A DNA stretch of 64,000 nucleotides from Candidatus Bathyarchaeota archaeon (lineage in GTDB: Archaea > Thermoproteota > Bathyarchaeia > Bathyarchaeales > Bathycorpusculaceae), in the NCBI GenBank assembly GCA_963715865.1, contig OY970280.1, forward strand, positions 1,760,001 through 1,824,000, given 5' to 3'. A program made the translations under genes and the position numbers. The notes beneath the pieces are model-generated. The model saw only the letters and a program-made list of their open reading frames with translations. It did not search any database and was not told the origin of the DNA. Each line of letters opens with the position of its first letter. Within the stretch, counting starts at the first letter, position 1. Of the stretch, positions 46,325-55,005 are shown piece by piece.

Positions 46325-46579
46325 TTATTTCTCATCACGGGAGCTTACAAGGTCAAGTTTCTGCTGGTGGCTTAGCTTTTTTATTTCTCTTTCTCGTTTC
46401 ATCGCTTTGCTTCGTGAATCAAACAGTTCAACGTAAGCTAGTTTTTGGGGTTTGTGTGCTTTTGTGTATTTTGCGCCTTTGCCGTTTTGATGCAGGTTTG
46501 TTCTCGCATCTAAGTCCTTGGTGTAGCCTGTGTAGAAGCTTCCGTCACTGCATAATAAAATATAAACGTAAAAGGACAT
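46325..46579 (-). CDS. GIY-YIG nuclease (UPF0213-like)
   Basis: ATG at 46579: MSFYVYILLCSDGSFYTGYT...HQNGKGAKYT...AMKREREIK. Confidence 0.9.
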   Translation of the reverse strand: MSFYVYILLCSDGSFYTGYTKDLDARTNLHQNGKGAKYTKAHKPQKLAYVELFDSRSKAMKREREIKKLSHQQKLDLVSSRDEK

Positions 46580-46586
46580 CTTGGCT

Positions 46587-47267
46587 TTATTGCTCCATAA
46601 CTTCAGCAGGCATGTAATCGTAAACGATGCCTTTTTGCATGGCTCTTTTAAGGTAGGCTTCCGGGTCGATTTCTTGGACTTTTGCGCGATCAACATCGAT
46701 GATGTAGATTTCTTGTATGCGTGCATTTCGGATTTCTTCAAGGGCAACTGGCGGTTTCTGGTAGTATGCGTCACAGAGCTTTTTTATCTGCATTATTTCT
46801 TGGTCTGTTCGGTTTCTTGGCGGCTTAGCCAGCGCACGCGGAAAGGGCAGAATGTAGTGGGGTGGTACGCCTAGCGCGAATTTTCCTGCGAAACTGCTGT
46901 ATCTTATAATTTTGCTTGCTAGTCGTGCAGAAGTGTAAGTTAATGGTGCCAAAGCGTTTTCCGGAGGAATGAAACCTGTTTCTACTTCAACGATTAGGTT
47001 TCCATAGCCTTTTATGGCGTATAAATCGCAGGTTAAAATTTCGTTTAACGGGTATTCAATTTGCACTTCGCAGCCTTTTTGGATGAGGTATTTGGCGCAT
47101 ACAAGTTCCATTACTGAATGGTTAATTTTTACAATGTTTTCTTTTTGTAGTTTTATCAGCCAATCTTTTAGCATGTTAAGTTTGTTTTCAACTTCTTTTT
47201 CAGAACCCTTTGTTAGCCTACATAAGAGAAGAGTTAAATCTTGTTCGAATTTTTGCTTATTACTCAT
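46587..47267 (-). CDS. Conserved archaeal hypothetical protein, PD-(D/E)xK-like
   Basis: IEYPL...CDLYAIK...IVEVETG resembles a restriction-endonuclease-fold core. Confidence 0.55.
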   Translation of the reverse strand: MSNKQKFEQDLTLLLCRLTKGSEKEVENKLNMLKDWLIKLQKENIVKINHSVMELVCAKYLIQKGCEVQIEYPLNEILTCDLYAIKGYGNLIVEVETGFIPPENALAPLTYTSARLASKIIRYSSFAGKFALGVPPHYILPFPRALAKPPRNRTDQEIMQIKKLCDAYYQKPPVALEEIRNARIQEIYIIDVDRAKVQEIDPEAYLKRAMQKGIVYDYMPAEVMEQ

Positions 47268-47537
47268 TGTTGCTTCCTTGCCAATCGACTGGCAATCATT
47301 TTTGTTAAACTATTTGACTTTAGAATATATAAAGCCAGAAAACGTTTATCTCATAATCTCACGATATTATTGCTTTTCTTTATTTAAATAGGTTCCATTA
47401 TTGCTTATTGCTTGTTGATTTGTCCATGATTTTTTGGCTAAGTTTTTGTTTAATTCTGAATTTTTTTGCTTAGTTAATTTAGTGAGGTTTGTACAGACAT
47501 TCTTATATAGAATTGATTGCTTACTTATTAGTTGTAA

Positions 47538-47710
47538 TTTTACCAAGTTGAGAAGCAAGCTGAACCAACTCGGCTTAGAACAGTTGTAAACATTAACTAA
47601 CTGGCTTAGTGAGTTTCTTGCGATTGTATCAACGGGGATAATCTTTGCGGTTTAGTTAACAGCTGGCTGGACTTTGCTGGTTGCTCAGGCTTAGACTCAA
47701 CTTGGCAAAA
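47538..47710. repeat. 173-bp element bounded by 15-bp imperfect inverted repeats (MITE-like or structured RNA)
   Basis: TTTTACCAAGTTGAG (47538-47552) versus CTCAACTTGGCAAAA (47696-47710), 14/15 complementary. Three internal GGCTTAG copies. Confidence 0.55.
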
Positions 47711-47716
47711 CTTTTT

Positions 47717-47902
47717 TTAAGGTTTCAACGAAGAGAGAACAAGCCTTGTAGAGTTAACATCAACTTCTACGATCTTGCAGTTTTTGAATTCTTTGGCTTC
47801 GCCTAAAATATTCTTAACTGTCACGTTGTCTCCTTCGATTTTAGCGTAAATAACATCCTTGAATTGCACTTTTCCATTGAAGATTACGTTGAATTCACAC
47901 AT
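47717..47902 (-). CDS. CooT-family nickel-binding protein
   Basis: ATG at 47902: MCEFNV...KDVIYAKIEGDNVTVKNILGEAKEF...IVEVD; the Met-Cys-Glu N-terminus is typical of CooT. Confidence 0.8.
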   Translation of the reverse strand: MCEFNVIFNGKVQFKDVIYAKIEGDNVTVKNILGEAKEFKNCKIVEVDVNSTRLVLSSLKP

Positions 47903-48145
47903 AATGTTTTCACAGCTATGAAAAAAGTGATTCTGGGTTATAAGGGCTTTTATCAAAGACAACTAACTACTCACGGAAAAATAGTGCTCTTAAGAGTCTT
48001 TAGCCTCCTTATTTAAAAGCAAGCTACCATCTTATCTTCCAACCTCTATCTTCTACTCTTTCTAGGAGAGATTAGGCGTAGCATCGTTTTTTGGCATGTT
48101 AAATATTCACTATTAGCTGTAAACAACTAAAACAGACACCGTAAA

Positions 48146-48177
48146 CTTTTTATTTGTACAGCGCTGTACTTTTAAGG
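48146..48177 (+). promoter_or_regulatory. Promoter region of the ilv-leu operon with a perfect 14-bp palindrome (candidate operator)
   Basis: GTACAGCGCTGTAC at 48156-48169, flanked by two TATA-like boxes (TTTTTATT about 48147 and TTTTAAGG at 48170). Confidence 0.6.
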
Positions 48178-48197
48178 AACATGGAATTTCAAGAGGC

Positions 48198-48254
48198 ATG
48201 AAAATGAGGGATCGACACCTCAATAGCCGGGATCGTCGGGTACTTATTCTTTGA
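48198..48254 (+). CDS. Candidate ilv-leu leader peptide (MK)MRDRHLNSRDRRVLIL
   Basis: In-frame ATGs at 48198 and 48204 (GAGG 7 nt before the second). Ends GTA CTT ATT CTT TGA; lies 93 nt upstream of ilvB. Confidence 0.65.
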   Translation: MKMRDRHLNSRDRRVLIL

Positions 48255-48347
48255 TTTTCACAGGGAACCCTCTGAAACTGCCACTGAAAAAATTTTCAAA
48301 CCAAACTTCTCAAGACGAGAGTATAGTTCAAAAAGGAGAGCAATAAA

Positions 48348-50054
48348 ATGACCAAAATGTCTGGTGCACAAGCACTGTTAGAATCCCTTGAACGCCAAAA
48401 CGTGGACGTCATATTCGGCATCTTAGGCGGAGCAATACTGCCCGTTTACGATGCGTTATGGGGCAACAAGAAAATAAGACACATACTAAGCAGACATGAA
48501 CAAGGAGCAGCACACGCAGCCGAAGGCTATGCAAGAGCCAGCGGACGAGTAGGAGTGTGCATGGCAACTTCAGGACCAGGAGCCACAAACCTAGTCACAG
48601 GCATAGCAAACGCATACATGGATTCCTCACCAATAATAGCTTTAACAGGGCAAGTCCCAACGACAGGCGTTAACACTTCCTACATGATTGGCAGAGACGC
48701 TTTCCAAGAAGCAGACATCATCGGCATCACAACGCCAATTACCAAGCACAATTATCAACCGAGAACAGTCGCTGAAATCCCACTAATCGTTAACACCGCG
48801 TTCTACATAGCAACCACAGGCAGGCCAGGACCAGTCTTAATTGACTTGCCAAAAAACGTGCAGGCTGAAACCTCCGAAGTAGAATTCACAAACAAAATTG
48901 ATGCCCGAGGTTACAAACCCGTAATTGAGCCCGATTTAGCAAAAATCAGCGAAGCCGCTAAGTTGCTGGCAAAAGCTGAGAAACCAATCATACTGGCAGG
49001 CGGCGGAGTCATAATATCCAACGCGTCAGATGAACTTATGCAAATGTCAGATTTGCTGATGGCTCCTGTAGCTACGACGTTAATGGGCAAAGGCTCATTC
49101 CCTGAATGTCACCCCTTATCAGTTGGAGGCATCGGAATGCATGGAAATCCAGCGGCGAACAAGCTGATGGGTGAGGCTGATGTGTTGCTGGCTGTTGGAA
49201 CAAGATTCTCTGACCGTGCAACAGCAAACTTGGACACTTTCTGCCCAGACGCTAAAAAGATTCACATTGACATTGACGCTGCAGAAATTGGAAAAAACAT
49301 CGAAGTTGACGTGCCCATAGTCGGCGACGCCAAAACCTCTATGAGAATACTGCATGGTGCCTTGGCTAATAAACTGCACAAAAACGAAGGCAACGCCTGG
49401 ACAAAAAGAGTTAAAGAAGCCAAAGATCAACTAAGCCCATTATTAAAAGAAATGCCCAAAGACCTGTTACCAAAAGCGCTATTGATGGAGCTTAGAAAAC
49501 TGCTGCCTGAAAACACCATAGTCACCACAGAAGTCGGTCAAAACCAGATGTGGTCAGCTCTATACTTCCAAGCATTAAAGCCAAGAACATTCATTAGCTC
49601 AGGCGGGTTAGGAACAATGGGTTTCGGTTTCCCAGCAGCGATAGGAGCAAAAGTCGCCTGTCCAGATAGACCCGTCGTGGACATAGCTGGCGACGGCAGT
49701 TTCATAATGACCGAACAAGAACTCGCGTGCTCTGTAACAGAGAACATCCCTGTCACAGTTATCGTGCTGAACAATTCGGTGTTAGGCATGGTTGCACAGT
49801 GGCAAAGAATGCTCTATAAAGGCCGTTACATGGCAGTTAACTTGGGAAAAACACCTGACTTCGTTAAGCTGGCAGAGGCTTACGGAGCGCAAGGTTTCCG
49901 AGCAAGGTCAATGGAAGAGTTCCAAAAAGCCGTGAAAACAGCGCTAAAAAGTAAAGTTACAACTGTAATCGATGTGCCTATTGGCTCAGAAGAGGACGTT
50001 GTGCCCTTTGTGCCTCCAGGCTGCGGTTTACCACAACAGAGAGGTGACTACTAA
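48348..50054 (+). CDS. ilvB: Acetolactate synthase large subunit
   Basis: RHEQGAAHAAEGYAR, TSGPGATN, GGLGTMGFG and the ThDP motif GDGSF...LNN. Confidence 0.97.
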   Translation: MTKMSGAQALLESLERQNVDVIFGILGGAILPVYDALWGNKKIRHILSRHEQGAAHAAEGYARASGRVGVCMATSGPGATNLVTGIANAYMDSSPIIALTGQVPTTGVNTSYMIGRDAFQEADIIGITTPITKHNYQPRTVAEIPLIVNTAFYIATTGRPGPVLIDLPKNVQAETSEVEFTNKIDARGYKPVIEPDLAKISEAAKLLAKAEKPIILAGGGVIISNASDELMQMSDLLMAPVATTLMGKGSFPECHPLSVGGIGMHGNPAANKLMGEADVLLAVGTRFSDRATANLDTFCPDAKKIHIDIDAAEIGKNIEVDVPIVGDAKTSMRILHGALANKLHKNEGNAWTKRVKEAKDQLSPLLKEMPKDLLPKALLMELRKLLPENTIVTTEVGQNQMWSALYFQALKPRTFISSGGLGTMGFGFPAAIGAKVACPDRPVVDIAGDGSFIMTEQELACSVTENIPVTVIVLNNSVLGMVAQWQRMLYKGRYMAVNLGKTPDFVKLAEAYGAQGFRARSMEEFQKAVKTALKSKVTTVIDVPIGSEEDVVPFVPPGCGLPQQRGDY

Positions 50055-50567
50055 ATGGAAGTTGGAAAAACAAAAATAATCTCCGTACTTGTCGAAAATA
50101 AGCCAGGAGTACTTCACAGCGTAGCCAACCTGTTCCGAAGGAGAAACTTTAACATCGAAAGCATCACAGTCGGTCCTACCGAACAGAAAGACTTAGCACG
50201 CATGACAATAACAGTCAACGAGGATGAAAAAACAATCGACCAAGTCGTCAAGCAACTGGCAAAGCTCATCGATGTGATTAAAGTCGAGGAGCTAGAGCAT
50301 GGAAACTTTGTGATGCGAGAGCTAGCTTTGATAAAAGTTAGCGTACCAAGCCCCAAAGAACGCTCCGACATCATAAACTGCGTAGAAGTCTTCAGAGGCA
50401 GAGTCATAGACGTTTCAACCGACAGCTTAACCGTAGAAATCACAGGAACACCCGACAAAATAGACGCATTCCTAAACCTGATGAAAACGTCCGGCGTCAT
50501 TGAACTTGCAAGAACAGGCATAACCGCACTGGCTAGAGGAGCAAAATCAATAAGAATCGACGAATAA
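50055..50567 (+). CDS. ilvN: Acetolactate synthase small (regulatory) subunit
   Basis: VENKPGVL...FRRRNFNIESI, QLAKLIDV and ARTG ACT-type motifs. Confidence 0.97.
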   Translation: MEVGKTKIISVLVENKPGVLHSVANLFRRRNFNIESITVGPTEQKDLARMTITVNEDEKTIDQVVKQLAKLIDVIKVEELEHGNFVMRELALIKVSVPSPKERSDIINCVEVFRGRVIDVSTDSLTVEITGTPDKIDAFLNLMKTSGVIELARTGITALARGAKSIRIDE

Positions 50568-50671
50568 ACCGTCTCTACGGACGGAAACCCTTAACTTTCG
50601 GTTTCTCAAAATTGACAAACCTTCAAGCAGGTTGATTTGAAATAGTTAATTTGTAACAGAAGCGAAAAAAC

Positions 50672-51943
50672 ATGAACATAACAGAAAAAATCTTGGCTAA
50701 AGCATCAGGCAAAAAAACCGTGCACTCAGGAGAAATCGTGGATGCAAACGTAGACATGGTAATGGTGCATGATTTAACTGGACCTTTAGCCGTTGAAGCC
50801 TTCAAAAAAATAGGCGTAGAAAAAGTTTGGGATAACCAAAAAGTAGTGGTGATTCTGGACCACCAGGTACCGGCTGAGTCCGTTAAAGCTGCGGAACTGC
50901 ACAAGACCATGCGCCAATTCGCCAAAGACCAAAAACTACGTTTATACGATGTAGGCAAAGGCGGAATCTGCCACCAAGTCATGCCTGAAAAAGGGCATGT
51001 GGTTCCTGGAACAGTTATCGTAGGCGCTGATTCTCACACTTGCACTTACGGTGCCTTCGGCGCTTTCGCAACAGGAATAGGCTCAACTGAAGCAGCAGCG
51101 GTTTTTGCTACTGGAAAGATTTGGCTGAAGGTGCCTGAAGCGATTAAAGTAAACGTGACTGGGCAATTCCAAAAGTACGTTACACCAAAAGACCTAATCC
51201 TGTCAATAATCGGGCGGATAGGTGCTGATGGCGCAATATACAAAAGCGCCGAATTCACCGGTCCAACGATAAAAAGCATGAGCATGTCTGGAAGGATGAC
51301 GCTGTGCAATATGGCTGTGGAAATGGGCGCCAAAAATGGCATCATAGAACCAGATGAAACAACTCGCAAGTTCTTAGAAGGCAGAACCAGCAAGACACTG
51401 CCCAACTTTGATACATTGAAAAGTGATAAAGACGCAGTTTACGAACGGACAATGGAATTTGACGTGACAAGTTTAGAGCCACAAATTGCTTGCCCATCAT
51501 CAGTCGATAACGTTAAGCCAGTTTCAGAAGTAGGCAACGTTCCAATCGAACAAGCATTCATCGGCTCATGCACCAACGGCAGAATCGAAGATTTACGCTT
51601 AGCCGCCCAAGTCCTAAAGGGCAAACGCGTAAAAGACACTGTTAGGACACTGGTGATTCCAGCTTCCCAAGAAGTTTACCGACAAGCTTTGAACGAAGGT
51701 CTAATGGAAATCTTCACCGATGCAGGAGCAATGGTTTGCGGTTCAGCGTGCGGTCCATGCTTAGGCGGCCACATAGGATTATTGGCAGCAGGCGAGGTTT
51801 GCGTAAGTACTTCAAATAGGAACTTTATCGGAAGAATGGGCAGCACCCAAGCCAGCGTATACTTGGCTTCTCCAGCAACAGTTGCTGCTTCAGCAGTCAC
51901 AGGCAAAATCACTGACCCGAGAAAACTGGAGGCAAAAGCATGA
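50672..51943 (+). CDS. leuC: 3-isopropylmalate dehydratase large subunit (LeuC/HacA family)
   Basis: GADSHTCT, IGSCTNGR, CGPCLG and STSNRNFIGRMG. Confidence 0.93.
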   Translation: MNITEKILAKASGKKTVHSGEIVDANVDMVMVHDLTGPLAVEAFKKIGVEKVWDNQKVVVILDHQVPAESVKAAELHKTMRQFAKDQKLRLYDVGKGGICHQVMPEKGHVVPGTVIVGADSHTCTYGAFGAFATGIGSTEAAAVFATGKIWLKVPEAIKVNVTGQFQKYVTPKDLILSIIGRIGADGAIYKSAEFTGPTIKSMSMSGRMTLCNMAVEMGAKNGIIEPDETTRKFLEGRTSKTLPNFDTLKSDKDAVYERTMEFDVTSLEPQIACPSSVDNVKPVSEVGNVPIEQAFIGSCTNGRIEDLRLAAQVLKGKRVKDTVRTLVIPASQEVYRQALNEGLMEIFTDAGAMVCGSACGPCLGGHIGLLAAGEVCVSTSNRNFIGRMGSTQASVYLASPATVAASAVTGKITDPRKLEAKA

Positions 51944-52443
51944 ACATGAAAATCAAGGGCACCGCAATAAAATTCGGAAACAACATCGACACAGACGTTA
52001 TCTTGCCTGGAAAATACCTAATCATAGTTGACCCTTACGAGTTAGCAAAACATGCCCTAGAGAGCTTAGACCCAGCGTTTCCTGAGAAAGCAAAAAAAGG
52101 CGTAATCTTAGTAGGCGGCAAAAACTTCGGATGCGGCTCAAGCCGAGAACAAGCGCCTTTAGCCTTAAAGTATGCAGGCGTGAAATGCGTGTTAGCCGAA
52201 TCCTTCGCGCGCATCTTCTTCCGAAACGCCATAAACATCGGCTTACCAGTAATTGAGTGCAAAGGCATATCCGCCGCGGTTGAAACAGGCGACGAATTAG
52301 CTGTGGACTTTGAAGCTGGCAAGATAGAAAACGTTTCTAAAGGCAAAAGCTTTCAAGTGAACAAGCTTCCACCGTTTATCTTAGAGATATTGTCGGATGG
52401 AGGATTAATCGAAAACTTACGAAGGAGAATGAACAAAAAATGA
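51940..52443 (+). CDS. leuD: 3-isopropylmalate dehydratase small subunit
   Basis: NIDTDVILP, NFGCGSSREQA and SFARIFFRN. Confidence 0.93.
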   Translation: MNMKIKGTAIKFGNNIDTDVILPGKYLIIVDPYELAKHALESLDPAFPEKAKKGVILVGGKNFGCGSSREQAPLALKYAGVKCVLAESFARIFFRNAINIGLPVIECKGISAAVETGDELAVDFEAGKIENVSKGKSFQVNKLPPFILEILSDGGLIENLRRRMNKK

Positions 52444-53477
52444 CAGAGTACAAAATATCTCTCATTCCAGGTGACGGAATCGGACCAGAATTAACCGAAG
52501 CCACCCTGAAAGTTCTAGAATCAGCACAGAAAAAATTCGGGCTAAATCTGAAAATCATTGAGGCAGAAGCAGGCGACGCAACCTTAGCTAAAAGAGGCGC
52601 CGCTTTACCCGAAGACACCGTGCAAAAAATTAAGGACTCTCACGTTTGCTTAAAGGGACCTGTAGGCGAAAGTGCAGCCGATGTCATAGTGAAGTTACGT
52701 TTAATGTTTGATCTTTACGCTAATTTGCGTCCACTGAAGGCTTATCCTGCGGTTGCTGTGGCTAGGCCAGACATTGACATGATGTTTGTTAGGGAGAACA
52801 CTGAGGACGTTTACAAAGGCTTAGAATTCACCATAGGTAACGACACAACCTTATGCCTTAGAGTTATTACCCGAAGTAATTGTGAACGCATAGCCAAAAA
52901 AGCCTTCGAAATTGCACGCTTACGCAATGGCAAAAAGAAAGTAACCGCCATACACAAAGCCAACGTTATGCGCGTGACCGACGGCTTATTCGCAAGCATA
53001 TGCCGTGAAACAGCAAAACAGTACCCAGACATCGCTTTCAACGAGTTATATGTTGATGCAGCGTCGATGCGTCTAATAAAAGAGCCACAAGAATTCGACG
53101 TCCTGTGCACCTGCAACATGTTCGGCGACATCCTCTCAGACGAAGCAGCTCAACTAATTGGCGGATTAGGCATGGCTCCAGGCGCAAACATAGGTGACAA
53201 CTTTGCACTCTTCGAACCCATACACGGTTCAGCACCAAACAGGGCTGGAAAACACACGGCAAACCCAATCTCCATGATACTAAGCGCAAAAATGATGCTG
53301 GACTGGCTAGGCGAGAAATACAACGACAAGAAATGCACCAACGCTGGCAAAGCAATAGAAAACGGAGTAATACAAGCGTTACGTAACGGTCAAACTGTTC
53401 CAGACTGCGGCGGCAACACCACGACCGTGGGAATGGCAGAAGCCATTGCTGCAGCCATAACAGTGAAAACTGGTTGA
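52440..53477 (+). CDS. leuB: 3-isopropylmalate dehydrogenase
   Basis: PGDGIGPE, RENTED, HKANVM, NMFGDILSD and EPIHGSAP; operon context. Confidence 0.9.
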   Translation: MTEYKISLIPGDGIGPELTEATLKVLESAQKKFGLNLKIIEAEAGDATLAKRGAALPEDTVQKIKDSHVCLKGPVGESAADVIVKLRLMFDLYANLRPLKAYPAVAVARPDIDMMFVRENTEDVYKGLEFTIGNDTTLCLRVITRSNCERIAKKAFEIARLRNGKKKVTAIHKANVMRVTDGLFASICRETAKQYPDIAFNELYVDAASMRLIKEPQEFDVLCTCNMFGDILSDEAAQLIGGLGMAPGANIGDNFALFEPIHGSAPNRAGKHTANPISMILSAKMMLDWLGEKYNDKKCTNAGKAIENGVIQALRNGQTVPDCGGNTTTVGMAEAIAAAITVKTG

Positions 53478-53481
53478 AAAA

Positions 53482-55005
53482 ATGAACAATAAAAACTCAA
53501 AACGTATCAGAATTTTTGACACTACATTGAGAGATGGTGAACAAACACCTGGCGTATCTTTAACTGCAGAGGACAAGATTGAGATTGCACGTCAACTAAG
53601 CAAGCTAGGCGTTGACGTTATCGAAGCCGGTTTTCCAAGTTCTTCAGAGGGCGAGAAAAAAGTTGTTAGAGAAATCGCAAAAGCTGGTTTAGAACCGGAA
53701 ATCTGCGCTTTGTCACGTGCAACACAAGGCGATATTGATGCTGCAATCGACTGCGACGTTGACTTAATTCACGTGTTTATTCCCACTTCGCCTGTGCAAA
53801 TGAAGTATGCGGTAAACTTGACGCCTGAACAAGTGCTATCTTCTGCTGTAGAGTCGATTGAACGTGTAAAGAAACATGGCATTAAATGCGAGTTTTCACC
53901 AATGGATGCCACACGTTCAGAAATGCCCTTCCTAAAACAGGTTTGCCAAGCCGCGGAGAAAGCAGGCATGGACCGCCTAAACGTTCCAGACACCGTGGGC
54001 ATAATGATTCCGAAAACAACCATCAAGCTCATTGAAGAACTGAAAACCGTAGTTAACGTTCCCATAAGCATACATTGCCACGACGACTTCGGCATGGCAG
54101 TCGCAAACTCGCTGGCCGCTGTTGAAGCCGGCGCTGCTCAAGTGCACGTTGCCGTCAACGGCTTAGGCGAGAGAGCAGGAAACGCTTCGCTGGAAGAAGT
54201 GGTTATGGCGTTGCACATGATTTACAAGTACAAAACAGGCGTAAACACGAGATTATTATACAGCACTTCCCGAATGGTTGCTTCATTGACTGGCATAGCT
54301 GTGCAAGCTAACAAGGCGATTGTTGGCGAAAACGCTTTTGCCCATGAATCTGGAATTCATACTCGTGGCGTAACAGAGAAACCATTAACCTTTGAGCCAA
54401 TAAAGCCCGAGCTGGTTGGGCGCACAAGAAAACTTGTTGCTGGAAAACTAGCGGGAACACGTGGCATAAAAGCTGAACTGGAAGAGATAGACATTCACCC
54501 AACCGAAGAGCAACTGAAAGAAATCGTCCAACGCGTCAAAGACTTAGGCGACAAGGGCAAAATGGTGACGGATGCTGATTTGCTGGCGTTAACTTCTGCA
54601 GTCATAGGCGAAGTGATAGGGGAAGAAAAAATCGTTGACCTATGCGACTTAGCTGTTGTAACAGGCATCAAAGTGATCCCGACAGCGTCAGTCAGGCTGG
54701 TCTTAGATGGGAAAGAGTACATTGCGGCAGAAACAGGCGTGGGTCCAGTTGACGCTGTTCTGAAAGCAATACAAAAACTAACTAACAACCTAGAAAATAT
54801 ACGGCTCAGCGAATACCGTCTTGAAGCTATAACTGGCGGTTCAAACGCGGTAGCTGAAGTAGTTATAAAAGTTGAAGACGAAAAAGGCAACATTGTTTCA
54901 GCACGGGCAGCCAGAGAAGACATTGTTATGGCTAGCGTTGAAGCAATGATAAACGGTATAAACAAGCTCTTGATAAAGAATCGTAAGCAGGGAAACAAAA
55001 AGTGA
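53482..55005 (+). CDS. leuA: 2-isopropylmalate synthase (LeuA/CimA family)
   Basis: DTTLRDGEQ, HCHDDFG, GERAGNA and HESGIH, plus a C-terminal regulatory domain. Citramalate synthase is not excluded. Confidence 0.85.
   Translation: MNNKNSKRIRIFDTTLRDGEQTPGVSLTAEDKIEIARQLSKLGVDVIEAGFPSSSEGEKKVVREIAKAGLEPEICALSRATQGDIDAAIDCDVDLIHVFIPTSPVQMKYAVNLTPEQVLSSAVESIERVKKHGIKCEFSPMDATRSEMPFLKQVCQAAEKAGMDRLNVPDTVGIMIPKTTIKLIEELKTVVNVPISIHCHDDFGMAVANSLAAVEAGAAQVHVAVNGLGERAGNASLEEVVMALHMIYKYKTGVNTRLLYSTSRMVASLTGIAVQANKAIVGENAFAHESGIHTRGVTEKPLTFEPIKPELVGRTRKLVAGKLAGTRGIKAELEEIDIHPTEEQLKEIVQRVKDLGDKGKMVTDADLLALTSAVIGEVIGEEKIVDLCDLAVVTGIKVIPTASVRLVLDGKEYIAAETGVGPVDAVLKAIQKLTNNLENIRLSEYRLEAITGGSNAVAEVVIKVEDEKGNIVSARAAREDIVMASVEAMINGINKLLIKNRKQGNKK

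Noticed and set aside
46580-46774. 65-aa N-terminal extension of the GIY-YIG ORF
   Set aside because: It overlaps the upstream gene in another frame; the domain begins at ATG 46579.
47367-47558. 63-aa minus-strand ORF in the AT-rich gap
   Set aside because: Lys/Asn-rich composition expected from AT-rich DNA, no motif, and it starts inside the inverted repeat.
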